53,560 bases of DNA from a virus (Duplodnaviria; Caudoviricetes). Shown here piece after piece: positions 9,327 to 18,900 of the stretch. The number at the start of each line of letters is the position of its first letter. Positions within the stretch are counted from its first letter, which is position 1. A model generated the notes under the pieces. The model saw nothing but the letters and a program-made list of their open reading frames with translations. It had not been told where the DNA came from and made no database searches. The stretch is taken from positions 1-53,560 of IMG/VR virus record IMGVR_UViG_3300006754_000025. One strand, 5' to 3'. Position numbers and translations under genes: made by a program.

Positions 9327-9921
9327 CTTCGATAAATGGCTGGCGTATCACGTCGCGGCGTTCCCTGATCTAGCGGACTGGATCGGAAAGAACCCCGAAA
9401 CCGTACATCACTGGCAGCGTGCATTAGAGGGAGTCACGCTACACGAAGCGAAGCAGGCAACCGACGCGATGGTGAAGGGTCAAACCAAAGCGTTCGGTTA
9501 CCAGGATCATCCGTCTGCCATTCGGCGACTGATTGGCGACGATCGATCCAGCACGGCGCGGACGGGACCGAAACGGATTGATGGCACGGACAGTTTTGCC
9601 TGTCCGCTCTGTATGGATTCGGGGCTCGTCCGCGTTTTTTCACCACGGGCGATGAAGGTGTGTCACAGCGGCGAGCTTTCTGGACCTCGCGGCGCCAGGC
9701 TTTGCAACGTCGCCTGCCCGTGCGCCGCCGGCGACCGCTGGTTTGCTGGGACGAAACGATACAAGCCGATCCCGCGATTCAGTGAGCGGCGGATGGTTCG
9801 CGTCGATGGCTCGATGCCGAACAAGGCGGATTTCAAGGCGCTTTGTGACCATGTAAGGACCAGACGGAACGGTGAATTCGATGCATGGAATGCGCAAGAG
9901 GCGGCGAGGGAACAAACTTAA
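9313..9921 (+). CDS. helicase loader/inhibitor-like protein with Zn-binding C-terminal part
   Basis: Helical N-domain (W..AL...TL.EA..A...HPSAIR) as in G39P/lambda P-like loaders; CPLC...CPC. Follows the initiator gene. Confidence 0.55.
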   Translation: MRTSDFDKWLAYHVAAFPDLADWIGKNPETVHHWQRALEGVTLHEAKQATDAMVKGQTKAFGYQDHPSAIRRLIGDDRSSTARTGPKRIDGTDSFACPLCMDSGLVRVFSPRAMKVCHSGELSGPRGARLCNVACPCAAGDRWFAGTKRYKPIPRFSERRMVRVDGSMPNKADFKALCDHVRTRRNGEFDAWNAQEAAREQT

Positions 9922-10156
9922 TGTTGCTAACTACCTCGCCCACCTCGAAGAAGCGGATGAAGTGATGCGAGCGATCAACGCACAGTATTACGACGAGTTG
10001 CCAGTCGACGGCTGGCCGCCGCCACTGCGACGGTCTGGCCCAAGCTCTGGCTTTATAGCCCCAAGACCGCCGCCGCCACCGCGTCCACTCACGGACGATG
10101 AAGAACGTGAATACCGAAGGATCTGCAATGAGTATGAACGGGAGCGAGATTACTGA
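9872..10156 (+). CDS. hypothetical Pro-rich protein (start uncertain)
   Basis: Only co-oriented frame of >=60 aa filling 9921-10128. Confidence 0.35.
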   Translation: MNSMHGMRKRRRGNKLNVANYLAHLEEADEVMRAINAQYYDELPVDGWPPPLRRSGPSSGFIAPRPPPPPRPLTDDEEREYRRICNEYERERDY

Positions 10157-10523
10157 TCTGGTTCAAAAGGAAGTCGAAGAGGTTTTGGGCGACCTCATCG
10201 CGGACGTAATCCACCGCGCTCGCAATCTGCCTACTAGCATCGTGCTGCTGCATGTGCTGAGCGGCGTCACGCGAGCTAACGGCAACGCCCTGCTGCTCCT
10301 CGCTGATACCCTCCGACACGAAGGACACAGCAGCGGAATCGACGAAGAAACCGTGCGTAAATGCTCAGTGCAAATCCAAACCCTACTGATCACCGCGATC
10401 GCTGAGAAGGAGATTGCGAACGATGGACGACTCATCGACATCACCGAACAGATCGACGCCCTCTACGAACTCGCCGCCAAGCACACCCACACCGACGACT
10501 ACCGTCACGGTGAAGAGAATTGA
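10128..10523 (+). CDS. hypothetical protein
   Basis: Helical ORF with AAGGA upstream of ATG 10128. Confidence 0.6.
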   Translation: MSMNGSEITDLVQKEVEEVLGDLIADVIHRARNLPTSIVLLHVLSGVTRANGNALLLLADTLRHEGHSSGIDEETVRKCSVQIQTLLITAIAEKEIANDGRLIDITEQIDALYELAAKHTHTDDYRHGEEN

Positions 10524-10674
10524 CGGCGGGCACTACTTGTATGAGATGCCGGAAAACGGAAACCCAACCGACGAGCAGATCGACGCAATAGCTAGATTCC
10601 TGCTGCGTCGAGCGATGGCGAGGAGAGAGGCAAAGGATGCCGGAACCAATAATCGTCAAACTGACGGCGGCTGA
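10510..10674 (+). CDS. small hypothetical protein
   Basis: GTG start overlapping the previous gene; 54 aa. Confidence 0.35.
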   Translation: MKRIDGGHYLYEMPENGNPTDEQIDAIARFLLRRAMARREAKDAGTNNRQTDGG

Positions 10675-11128
10675 GTTTAACAACGCGGCGATGATTGGTT
10701 GCATACGGCGAATTACCGGGATCTATCGTGATTTGGTTGAGCCCTACGGGAAGCCGAAAAACGTCTGGGAAACGGACGTGCTTGGGGCGGCAGCGGAGCA
10801 AGCCGTCGCCAAGTTGCTGCGAGTGTACTGGCCGCCGGTCGCGACTCAGCCTGAGACAGCGAAAGGCGATTTGGCCTACGGAATCGAAGTGCGGCAGACT
10901 AAGACGCCCCACGGCTGCTTGATGTTGCACAGGAAAGACAGAGACGAGGCGCCATACGTCTTGGTCCGAGGAAAGGGACCAGACTTCGAGGTGGTCGGGT
11001 GGATGTTCGGGATCGATGGCAAGCAGGATAGGTTCTGGCGAACCGACATAGACAACACTGCCTATCTCGTCCCTGCACAGCACCTGACGGACATACGCGA
11101 ATTACAAGAGTGGATTCACACGCAATGA
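10637..11128 (+). CDS. restriction-endonuclease-fold (PD-(D/E)xK-like) protein
   Basis: GAAAEQAVAKLL...GDL..GIEVRQT arrangement (E...D...ExR). Confidence 0.55.
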   Translation: MPEPIIVKLTAAEFNNAAMIGCIRRITGIYRDLVEPYGKPKNVWETDVLGAAAEQAVAKLLRVYWPPVATQPETAKGDLAYGIEVRQTKTPHGCLMLHRKDRDEAPYVLVRGKGPDFEVVGWMFGIDGKQDRFWRTDIDNTAYLVPAQHLTDIRELQEWIHTQ

Positions 11129-11141
11129 AGGAGCGAAAAGG

Positions 11142-11495
11142 ATGCGACACGAATTAACGCTGCAAACGATGATGAACTTGGACGCTGGCCGAGTGGTCGA
11201 AGCGTTCAACCAAGCGATCCGCCGGGTAGCGCTCGACATGGACGATCGACCTGGCGACACCAAGTCTCGAAGTATCACGCTCAATTGTGAGCTTGTGCCA
11301 GTGATTGACGAGCAAGGCCAACTCGACACCGTGCGAGCCAAATTCAAAGTCACGGACAAGCTGCCGGCACGACGGTCGAAGGTCTACGAATTCGACTACC
11401 GGCGCGGCGGCCAAACCGGCTTGGTCTTCAATGACTTGTCGGATGACAGTGCGAAACAAATGACGATCGACCACAAGGAGGACGACAATGCTTAA
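11142..11495 (+). CDS. conserved phage protein (partner of the downstream gene)
   Basis: LDAGRVVEAFNQAIRRV..DM.DRP...KSRSITL pattern; AAGG RBS. Confidence 0.65.
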   Translation: MRHELTLQTMMNLDAGRVVEAFNQAIRRVALDMDDRPGDTKSRSITLNCELVPVIDEQGQLDTVRAKFKVTDKLPARRSKVYEFDYRRGGQTGLVFNDLSDDSAKQMTIDHKEDDNA

Positions 11496-12270
11496 GGAAG
11501 CCTTTCAATGGTTGCGACACCTAGCCGACGAAGCGATGGAGCCATCCGAACTGCGCATCAACGATGATGTCGTCATCGTACATCGCGGCACCGATCCGCC
11601 GGCAGTCTACGACGTGAACCCGCCACGACGGAGACATTTCGTCCGCGATCTGGATTCGCTAAAACGCGCCGTGAGGACGTGGGGCAGCGTCGATGCTTCG
11701 GACGCGGCGATTTTTATCGGTTCCCAGTCAATCACATTCGTCATCGACGATGGTGAGCGACGCGATTTCGTCGATATGAGGCTGACTAGATCGGAAGAGT
11801 TTGATTTCATCAGCCGACTCAAAGACTGCCACCGAATGGATCAAGCTGACCTCGTGCGGACTCTCAAATTCCGGCTGCCTGAAACGAACCCAGATCTGCG
11901 GTCGCTCGTTAAGTCGCTGCGAATGACTCGCAACGAAGAGTCAAAGGGAACGATCGCCGCTGGCGAGGAGTCACTTGGCCGGCAAGTGCAAAGCGCCGTC
12001 TTGTCGGAAGACGGGCAAGCCATCCCCGACCACGTCGAAGTCACCGTTCCTGTCTTCTCCAACCCAGGCTGCGGATTCGATGTCGCCGTGACGCTTGGGT
12101 TTACGGTGCTATTTGACACTCGCGAGTTCAACCTTGCGCCTATATACGGCGCCGTGCGGATCGCGCAGGATGACGCCATCCTATCGATCTTTCGCGAGTT
12201 GGCTGAATCGCTTCCCCAGACTCCGATTTTCCTTGGCCAGTTTCAGGATATGGATGAGGAATTGTTCTGA
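11488..12270 (+). CDS. DUF2303/YfdQ-like phage protein
   Basis: 260 aa with LDSL, MDQADLVRTLK and IP..V.VTVPVF motifs; paired with the upstream small ORF. Family call is tentative. Confidence 0.5.
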   Translation: MLKEAFQWLRHLADEAMEPSELRINDDVVIVHRGTDPPAVYDVNPPRRRHFVRDLDSLKRAVRTWGSVDASDAAIFIGSQSITFVIDDGERRDFVDMRLTRSEEFDFISRLKDCHRMDQADLVRTLKFRLPETNPDLRSLVKSLRMTRNEESKGTIAAGEESLGRQVQSAVLSEDGQAIPDHVEVTVPVFSNPGCGFDVAVTLGFTVLFDTREFNLAPIYGAVRIAQDDAILSIFRELAESLPQTPIFLGQFQDMDEELF

Positions 12271-12773
12271 TGCCAACGTATCGCTACATCGGAGTTGACC
12301 CCGGCAAAGACGGCGGCGTCGCATGGATCGACGAGACGGATCGCGGTCCTTTCGTCCAGGCGCATCGTATGCCGCCGACGCCTCGCGACATCGCCCTGCT
12401 GATGAACAAAGCGATGAACGGGGTTAATGCCGATTGTGCGTTTCTGCTGATCGAGAAGGTCAGCGCCATGCCAAAGCAAGGCGTGTCGTCAACCTTCAAG
12501 TTCGGCTTCAACGCTGGATTGCTGACCGGGCTAATCGTCACCCTCACCGTCGCCTACGAAGAGGTAAGGCCGACCAAATGGCAAGCACCGTTTTCGCTTA
12601 TGAAAGGCAAGGACGTTACCAGCGTTCAGAAGAAGAACAGCCACAAGCGCCGCGCCCAAGACCTGTTCCCGGCGATCGCCAAAATCACGCACATGACAGC
12701 CGACGCGCTGCTAATCGCTGAATACTGCCGGAGATACCGCAAGGGCATCTTGCAAACTCCACCTAACACCTAG
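12270..12773 (+). CDS. ruvC: RuvC-like Holliday junction resolvase
   Basis: IGVDPG, IEKVSAMPKQGVSSTFKFG, ADALLIAEY. Confidence 0.85.
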   Translation: MPTYRYIGVDPGKDGGVAWIDETDRGPFVQAHRMPPTPRDIALLMNKAMNGVNADCAFLLIEKVSAMPKQGVSSTFKFGFNAGLLTGLIVTLTVAYEEVRPTKWQAPFSLMKGKDVTSVQKKNSHKRRAQDLFPAIAKITHMTADALLIAEYCRRYRKGILQTPPNT

Positions 12774-12812
12774 CGGACCTAAAATGACGGAAAAAAACTA
12801 TACGCATATTTG

Positions 12813-13133
12813 CTAGTCTCTTTCCCGTCGCGGCTTGTATTCACTTGGCCGAGGCTGCCGGCGAGGATCGTACGGTGAGTCGCCCGCAGCTGTGCCAGGT
12901 GCATAGTCGTCAACGTCGCCAACGCGACCCGGCGAGTACGCATCCATCGCCAGCGTCGTGCCAGGCACGTAGTCGGTTCGGGCCTGCTTCCGAGGCATGT
13001 ACGGCGTCTGCGTTTCGACCTCTACCACGGCAGTTGCAGCAGCGTAACCAACTCGCGGGATGAAGCCGGTGCCGCCAACTTGCATCCCGCCAGAGATGGA
13101 AAAGCCAAGGGTGACGATTGTCGAAACGCTCAT
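12813..13133 (-). CDS. hypothetical (virion-associated?) protein with YxPG repeats
   Basis: Last gene of the late operon; YMP/YVPG/YSPG/YAPG/YDP/YKP repeats. Confidence 0.6.
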   Translation of the reverse strand: MSVSTIVTLGFSISGGMQVGGTGFIPRVGYAAATAVVEVETQTPYMPRKQARTDYVPGTTLAMDAYSPGRVGDVDDYAPGTAAGDSPYDPRRQPRPSEYKPRRERD

Positions 13134-15910
13134 TACGTCGCCCGTGTAACAGAGGTCGGATCATCGGCGTCGTTCAAGGTGAACGTCGCGGCGGTTGTCG
13201 TTCCGTCTAACTGCCTCAGCGTCTTGGTGGTAAGCGTCAGGTCAAACTCGCCAACATGCGCGTTGATGATGTAGAGCAACTGGGCGCCCGTCATCGCCGA
13301 CCCATCCGTGCCGTACGCTTCGGTGAGCGCCGTCGTCCAGATGTCAGCGGCTGACAAGTCATTGAGCGCCGCGATCGCAGTCGCGTTCGAGTCAACCACC
13401 GTGTCGATCGTCGACAGCTGCGTGTCCAGGTTCGCCGACGCCAGCCCGACCGCCGTGCGAATATTCGCCTGCGACAGATCGTTGAGCGCCGCCACTGCTG
13501 ACTGAGTCGTCGAGTGCTGCGTGTCCTGGGCGGTATCCAACGCGTCCAGCGTCGTAATCGTTCCGCTGATCGTGAAACCAGCCTTGTCTGTAAGAGCCCT
13601 GGTTGCCACGCTCCACACGTCAGCGGCTGCATGGGTACTGAATCCAGTTGCGGTCACCCAGGTCGTCACACCGTCGCCAACAGCCTTGCCGAACGTGCCG
13701 GCGGACGTGTGGCCCGCGTACGCTTCATCCCAAACCGCGTCGGCCACAGCTGCCGCCGTTGGTGCGGTCGCGTTGTCCAATGCCTCGGCGGTGCTGCCGG
13801 ACGTTCCTGAATGGTCCGCGATTGCCTCTTCCCAGACCTGATCCGCAACAGCTGCAGCAGTCGGTGGGGTTGTTGTGTTCCAATCGCCTTTGCCGTCGAG
13901 TGAACTAGCGCCAAAGTCACCCGCTGCGAGAGTGAAACCAAGAGCCGACAGGGTACGCGTACCGCTCGTCCAGACATCGGCAGCTGAATGGGTGCTAAAT
14001 CCAGTCGCGGTCACCCAGGTCGTTACACTATCACCGACTGCTTTACCGTAGGTCCCCGCAGTAGTGTGGCCGCTCGTCGCTTCGTCCCACACCGCGTCTG
14101 TAATAGCCGCAGCCGTTGGGGGCGTCGTGGTATTCCAGTCCCCCTTGCCATCCAGAGCGCTCGCCGCGATCCCGGCTGCCGTCAACCAGTTCGACGTGAT
14201 CGAAGGTAGGTTCGTCAAGTTGGTGGTTGTGGCGACCGTCGTCACGTTGACGACCGTGTCCGATGCAGGGTCAAAGTCATTCATGTTGCCGATGAGGTAG
14301 CCAGCTGATCCAGCCCCGTACGCACCGGGAAGCGCCGTCGACCAAGGGTCGCCAGCCGCGCCAGCCGCGTTCAAAGCCTCCGCTGTCGATCCAGATGACC
14401 CAGAGTGGTCGGCCAGCGTCTCAAGCCAGACTTGATCCGCGATCGCACCAACCGTGGGCGGGGTCGTGGTATTCCAGTCCCCCTTGCCATCCAGAGCGCT
14501 CGCCGCAATACCAGCCGCCGTCAACCAGTTGGATGTAATCGCCGGCAGGTTCGTCAGGTCAGTGGTCGTCGCGACCAAGGTCACGTTGGCCACAGTGTCC
14601 GCAGCTGGGTCGAAGTACGAAGCAGCGGCGAGCGTGCGTGCGTTGAATTCAGCGACCGTCGGAATGTCCGCAATGCCCGCCGTGTGGTCAGCCGTCTGGG
14701 GCGTGTTGCCTGTGTAGGTGGTCAGCGTGTTGACTAGATTCACGGTTCCCACGACGCCAGAGGACGACATTGTAATCGCCGACGCATCGCTGGTGATATT
14801 CGTAGCGGCGCTCAATGTTCGCGTACCGCTCGTCCAAACGTCAGCTGCGCTATGCGTGCTGAATCCCGCCGCCGTCACCCACGTTGTGACCCCATCCCCA
14901 ACCGCTTTACCGTAGGTTCCCGGCGTCGTGTGGCCGCTCGTCGCTTCGTCCCACACCGCGTCGGTGATCGCCGCCGCCGTTGGGGGCGTCGTCGTATTCC
15001 AATCGCCCTTACCATCCAAAGCCGACGCGGCAATGCCAGCCGCCGTCAACCAGTTCGACGTGATCGAAGGTAGGTTCGTCAGGTCGGTGGTCGTTGCGAC
15101 CAAAGTGACATTGGCCACAGTGTCCGCCGCCGGGTCGAAATACGAAGCAGCGGCAAGCGTGCGTGCCGATATGACCGCGTCCAAATTGGTGCCGAGAATA
15201 AAACCCGCCGTGCCACCACCATACGCGCCCGGCAAAGCTGTTGACCACGGATCGCCGGCAGAAGAGGCTGCAGCCAATGCTTCTGCCGTGCTACCCGATG
15301 TGCCGCTATGATCGGCAATTGCTTCTTCCCAGACCTGATCGGCAATTGCAGCTGCAGTCGGATCGTTAAGTGCAGTGAAACTTGAACCGTCTTCAGTCGC
15401 AGCCATCGCAGAGTCTGTGCCCCGCTGGTCGCTATTGGTCGTCGTCGTGTTAACTAGATTGGTCGTCGTCGCCGACAAGTTGACCGATGTCGACTGATTC
15501 TCAACATTCGCCCAGTCGATGCCTATGTTTCCAGTCGCCGTTAGATTCAAAGCCGCTGACAGGAAATTGTCAGGGATCGAAACCATTTCAGGGGCTGCCC
15601 CAGCATTCACCACGTCAAGCATTTGCGAGCCGATGCAGGCGTCCCCCTCAGCTGGTGAGCCGCCAGCGCGATCGTAGGCGGTAACGTGATACAAACCGTC
15701 TACGATCCAGCTAGGCAGTTGCGCCGTGTAGTATCCGCTCGCTGTCCCCTGCTCCGTGCCTGCGACATCGTAGTCCGCGATCGCAGCCGTCGAGTAGGTT
15801 TCAAACGCAAGGTCGGTCGCCACGTCAGCAATGTTGCCGTCGCGATCGCGGATGAAGAAATAGACGTTGTTGCCAGTCGTGTATTGGATACCCAGGACAT
15901 CGTTAGCCAT
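13133..15910 (-). CDS. long repeat-built fibre-like virion protein
   Basis: 925 aa, Ala/Thr/Gly-rich, with repeated AxxVW(D/E)ExxxxH.. modules. Confidence 0.75.
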   Translation of the reverse strand: MANDVLGIQYTTGNNVYFFIRDRDGNIADVATDLAFETYSTAAIADYDVAGTEQGTASGYYTAQLPSWIVDGLYHVTAYDRAGGSPAEGDACIGSQMLDVVNAGAAPEMVSIPDNFLSAALNLTATGNIGIDWANVENQSTSVNLSATTTNLVNTTTTNSDQRGTDSAMAATEDGSSFTALNDPTAAAIADQVWEEAIADHSGTSGSTAEALAAASSAGDPWSTALPGAYGGGTAGFILGTNLDAVISARTLAAASYFDPAADTVANVTLVATTTDLTNLPSITSNWLTAAGIAASALDGKGDWNTTTPPTAAAITDAVWDEATSGHTTPGTYGKAVGDGVTTWVTAAGFSTHSAADVWTSGTRTLSAATNITSDASAITMSSSGVVGTVNLVNTLTTYTGNTPQTADHTAGIADIPTVAEFNARTLAAASYFDPAADTVANVTLVATTTDLTNLPAITSNWLTAAGIAASALDGKGDWNTTTPPTVGAIADQVWLETLADHSGSSGSTAEALNAAGAAGDPWSTALPGAYGAGSAGYLIGNMNDFDPASDTVVNVTTVATTTNLTNLPSITSNWLTAAGIAASALDGKGDWNTTTPPTAAAITDAVWDEATSGHTTAGTYGKAVGDSVTTWVTATGFSTHSAADVWTSGTRTLSALGFTLAAGDFGASSLDGKGDWNTTTPPTAAAVADQVWEEAIADHSGTSGSTAEALDNATAPTAAAVADAVWDEAYAGHTSAGTFGKAVGDGVTTWVTATGFSTHAAADVWSVATRALTDKAGFTISGTITTLDALDTAQDTQHSTTQSAVAALNDLSQANIRTAVGLASANLDTQLSTIDTVVDSNATAIAALNDLSAADIWTTALTEAYGTDGSAMTGAQLLYIINAHVGEFDLTLTTKTLRQLDGTTTAATFTLNDADDPTSVTRAT

Positions 15911-18900
15911 TACCGGCCCTCGCGTTCACGTTGTTCCCGCAGCAATTTGTTTCGCTTTTGCATCGCTGAGATGAGGCGTTGCATTCGTTCAGCCTCTGCC
16001 CGCTCCTCTTTCGGCATCGCCTCTTTCTCGTCCGCTGAGAAAAACGCCCGCTTGAATGTGCCGGCGCCCATCCCCTTGAGCCTGTCGAACGCCGCCTCTC
16101 GCGTCGCCCGTGTCTGCGCGGCGGGTGAAATGTCAGTGACACGGAAGCCAGTGAGTTGATTCAGCGCGTTGTAGAAGATGTCGGTGGGCGACCCTAGTTT
16201 GCGAGGATCTGTCGCGCTACGCAGCCGAGTAACACCACGGCTCGTCGGAAGGTTCGACATGAGCAGTTCAAACGTCTGATTCGTCTTGACTGGCCCCTTG
16301 CCCTCTTCTCGCAAGCCAGTGAGTTCGCCAAGGTTAGACATCAGGCGACCAATAGGCGGATCAGCTGACGCCAACTCGCGAGGCCCCATCGGGCCTCGCT
16401 GGAAGAAACTTTGGCCGGTCGCCATTTCTAGCGGCGCTTTAATCATCGGGTTCATTCGCGACATGCCTTCGAGGAGCGTGTTACGAACGTCCGGCCCGAA
16501 CCCCAACGTGTCCTCGATCGCCAGGCCGCCACCTGTCAGGTATCGCGGCGACCCGTCAGACGCTGTGCCGATGTTGGCGGTGAACTGGTCTTTCAAGTAG
16601 TTCGGCAACGGGGCTTCCTGCTGTCGCTGTGCTTCCATGCCAGCGTAGTTGTAGCCTCGCACCGTCTGCCCCATCGCGCCGCCCGGCTTCTCCAACAACC
16701 GCTTCCAAATCACCGGAGCGATGCGACGAGAGAAGGTGTAGAAGGGCACGAGCCGCCGCATTCCCTGCTTCTCAAACGGCGTCAACCGGCTGTAATCGAA
16801 GTGCAATTCCTCAACTTTGTGCGCCGCCGCGATCGGGTCCCAGCCCTGCTTTTTCAGGTAGAGGTAAAGCGGTACGCGGTTGAACCACTCAACCTGTTGG
16901 TTCAGCTTGCCGCCCGTGTACGCGCCGGTCCTCGCAGCTGTTCGGATTTTCTCTAACCCGCGTCGGAGCCGTTCGAGTTTACCCCACGGCTTCTTGCCGC
17001 CGCTCGCATCCGCACCGAACAATGGATTGTTCGCGACCCATTGCGACTGCTCTTGCCACGTCGTCCTAACGTCTCTCGCACGTTCCGGCACGACGCCCTT
17101 GCTCGTTCGCAAGTTGAAGATGTCCGTATCGATCCCGTGTCCCAATACCTCGTACGCCTCTAACTCACGCAACAAGTCCCGATCGTCGGTCGTCAACGAC
17201 TTGATGTCCTTCCGCGCCTTATTCAGTAGCTCCTTTGCGAATTTGGCGAATTTGGCGTAATCGCCAACGTCTCGTGGAGTCTCCATCAACCCCGACGCCA
17301 TGTTGACATGCTGGCCGGATACCAAGTTGCGAAGCTGGAACGACGGCGTACCGAACCCAACGGTGACGCCTGCCTTCCAGTAACGCATGACCTTATCGAT
17401 ACCCTCGCCAATCACGCCGAACCATTCAGGGTCGGAGTTCAGTTTCTGCAGCGAGACGAACGCGTCCGCAAGATCAGGCTGAACTCGCATCTTTGCAAGC
17501 TCATCGACGTTGGTTTGGGTCTTCTCAGCCAAGTGAACCAATGCCTTGAGCGGCCCATCTGCACCCTCTTTCGCGGTCATGCCCGTTGACCTGAATACCG
17601 ACGCGATGTCCGGCGCTTCCGCAAACCCCTCGTCCCCAGCGTTTATGTAGGATGCAGGGTCGGCCAGCGTCTCATGGAATGCTTCTAGGTTGCCCCTCGC
17701 TCGCGCAAGTTGCTTCTGGTATCGCATGAAGTCGTCCGTGAGGTTCTTCGTGAACATCTCATGCGACTTCCGGCCTTTCAGCCACTCGTCAATCGCCCAG
17801 GCGTGCGCCTCGACGCCTTCATACACTTTGCCGTCGTGCGTGAACGCGTCTTTGTCCCACCATTTATTCGGCTTAATGTCGTCCCCCATGCCCTTGCCGT
17901 GGAATTCCGCATCGAGGTAGCGACCGTACTTTTTGAGGATGTAGTCGTAGCCCTCTTCGCGTACCTGTGGATCGGTCAGCAAGAGGTTGACGATGCCGGC
18001 AGGCAGTGTGCGAATCGCTGGCTGCCGGGCTCGGGCCGCATCAATTTGGACGCTCCATTCTCGCGTCTTGCCTAAGCCCAGTTTGTCGGCCAGCTTCTTA
18101 TCGACTGACCGGGGCGCATATTGATACGAAACGGCGTCGATCATGCTCACGTCGCCGCCCATTTCCTCGTACGGCTCCAACGCCTTCAGCATGCCACGAT
18201 GTAACTTGCCGGCCAACTCGTACGTTTGATCCCGCAACGCAAGGTTGGCAATCTCGTCGCCGCTCAGCATCGAGTCAAAGACCTTGCGAAGCTCAGGGCT
18301 CATCAGCTGGTCAATATTCTTGCCGTCCGCCCCCAGGTACTTTGACCGAATCCCCTGATAGAGCGTCTTCAACCACTGCTTAAGCGACTTGAATACCCGC
18401 TCCAACTTTCGCGTCGGCGACTTCCCCGACCGCATGTACAGTTCAAACGATTCCGCGAAGACCTCTTCCGCCTCTTCGGTCCACCGACCATCCGCATCAA
18501 CTACCTGTGTCGCCTTGTTGAGACGCCCCGCCCTGGCGAGTTGATCCAAGACGCCGCTTTCGGCGTCCCTAAGCAACTGTGGGTCAATGTCCGCAAGATG
18601 CCGCCGGAAGATGTGCGATGTCTCGTGAATAAAGGACGTGAGGTCGCCGCTGCTGTCGCCCGTCTTCGCGTTGCGGAACGCGGCAAAGATCGATTCCTTT
18701 TGCGCATTGAATGCGACGGCGGCCTTCGCCGTATTGCCCCTACCCTGGTGAAAAATGTCTTGGATTGTGACATCCGCATCGTCGAAAATCACGAAGTTGT
18801 TTTTACCCTTCGCGGCTTGTTTTGCCTTTTCCAATTGGTCGACGTATCGTAACTCCATTCGTGATAAACGCTTCAGTCGCGGTGCGGTGTCCGGTTGATC

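Noticed and set aside
13133-15910. Diversity-generating retroelement template/variable repeats
   Set aside because: No reverse transcriptase in the window. The repeats are in-frame protein modules whose differences look mainly synonymous rather than adenine-specific.
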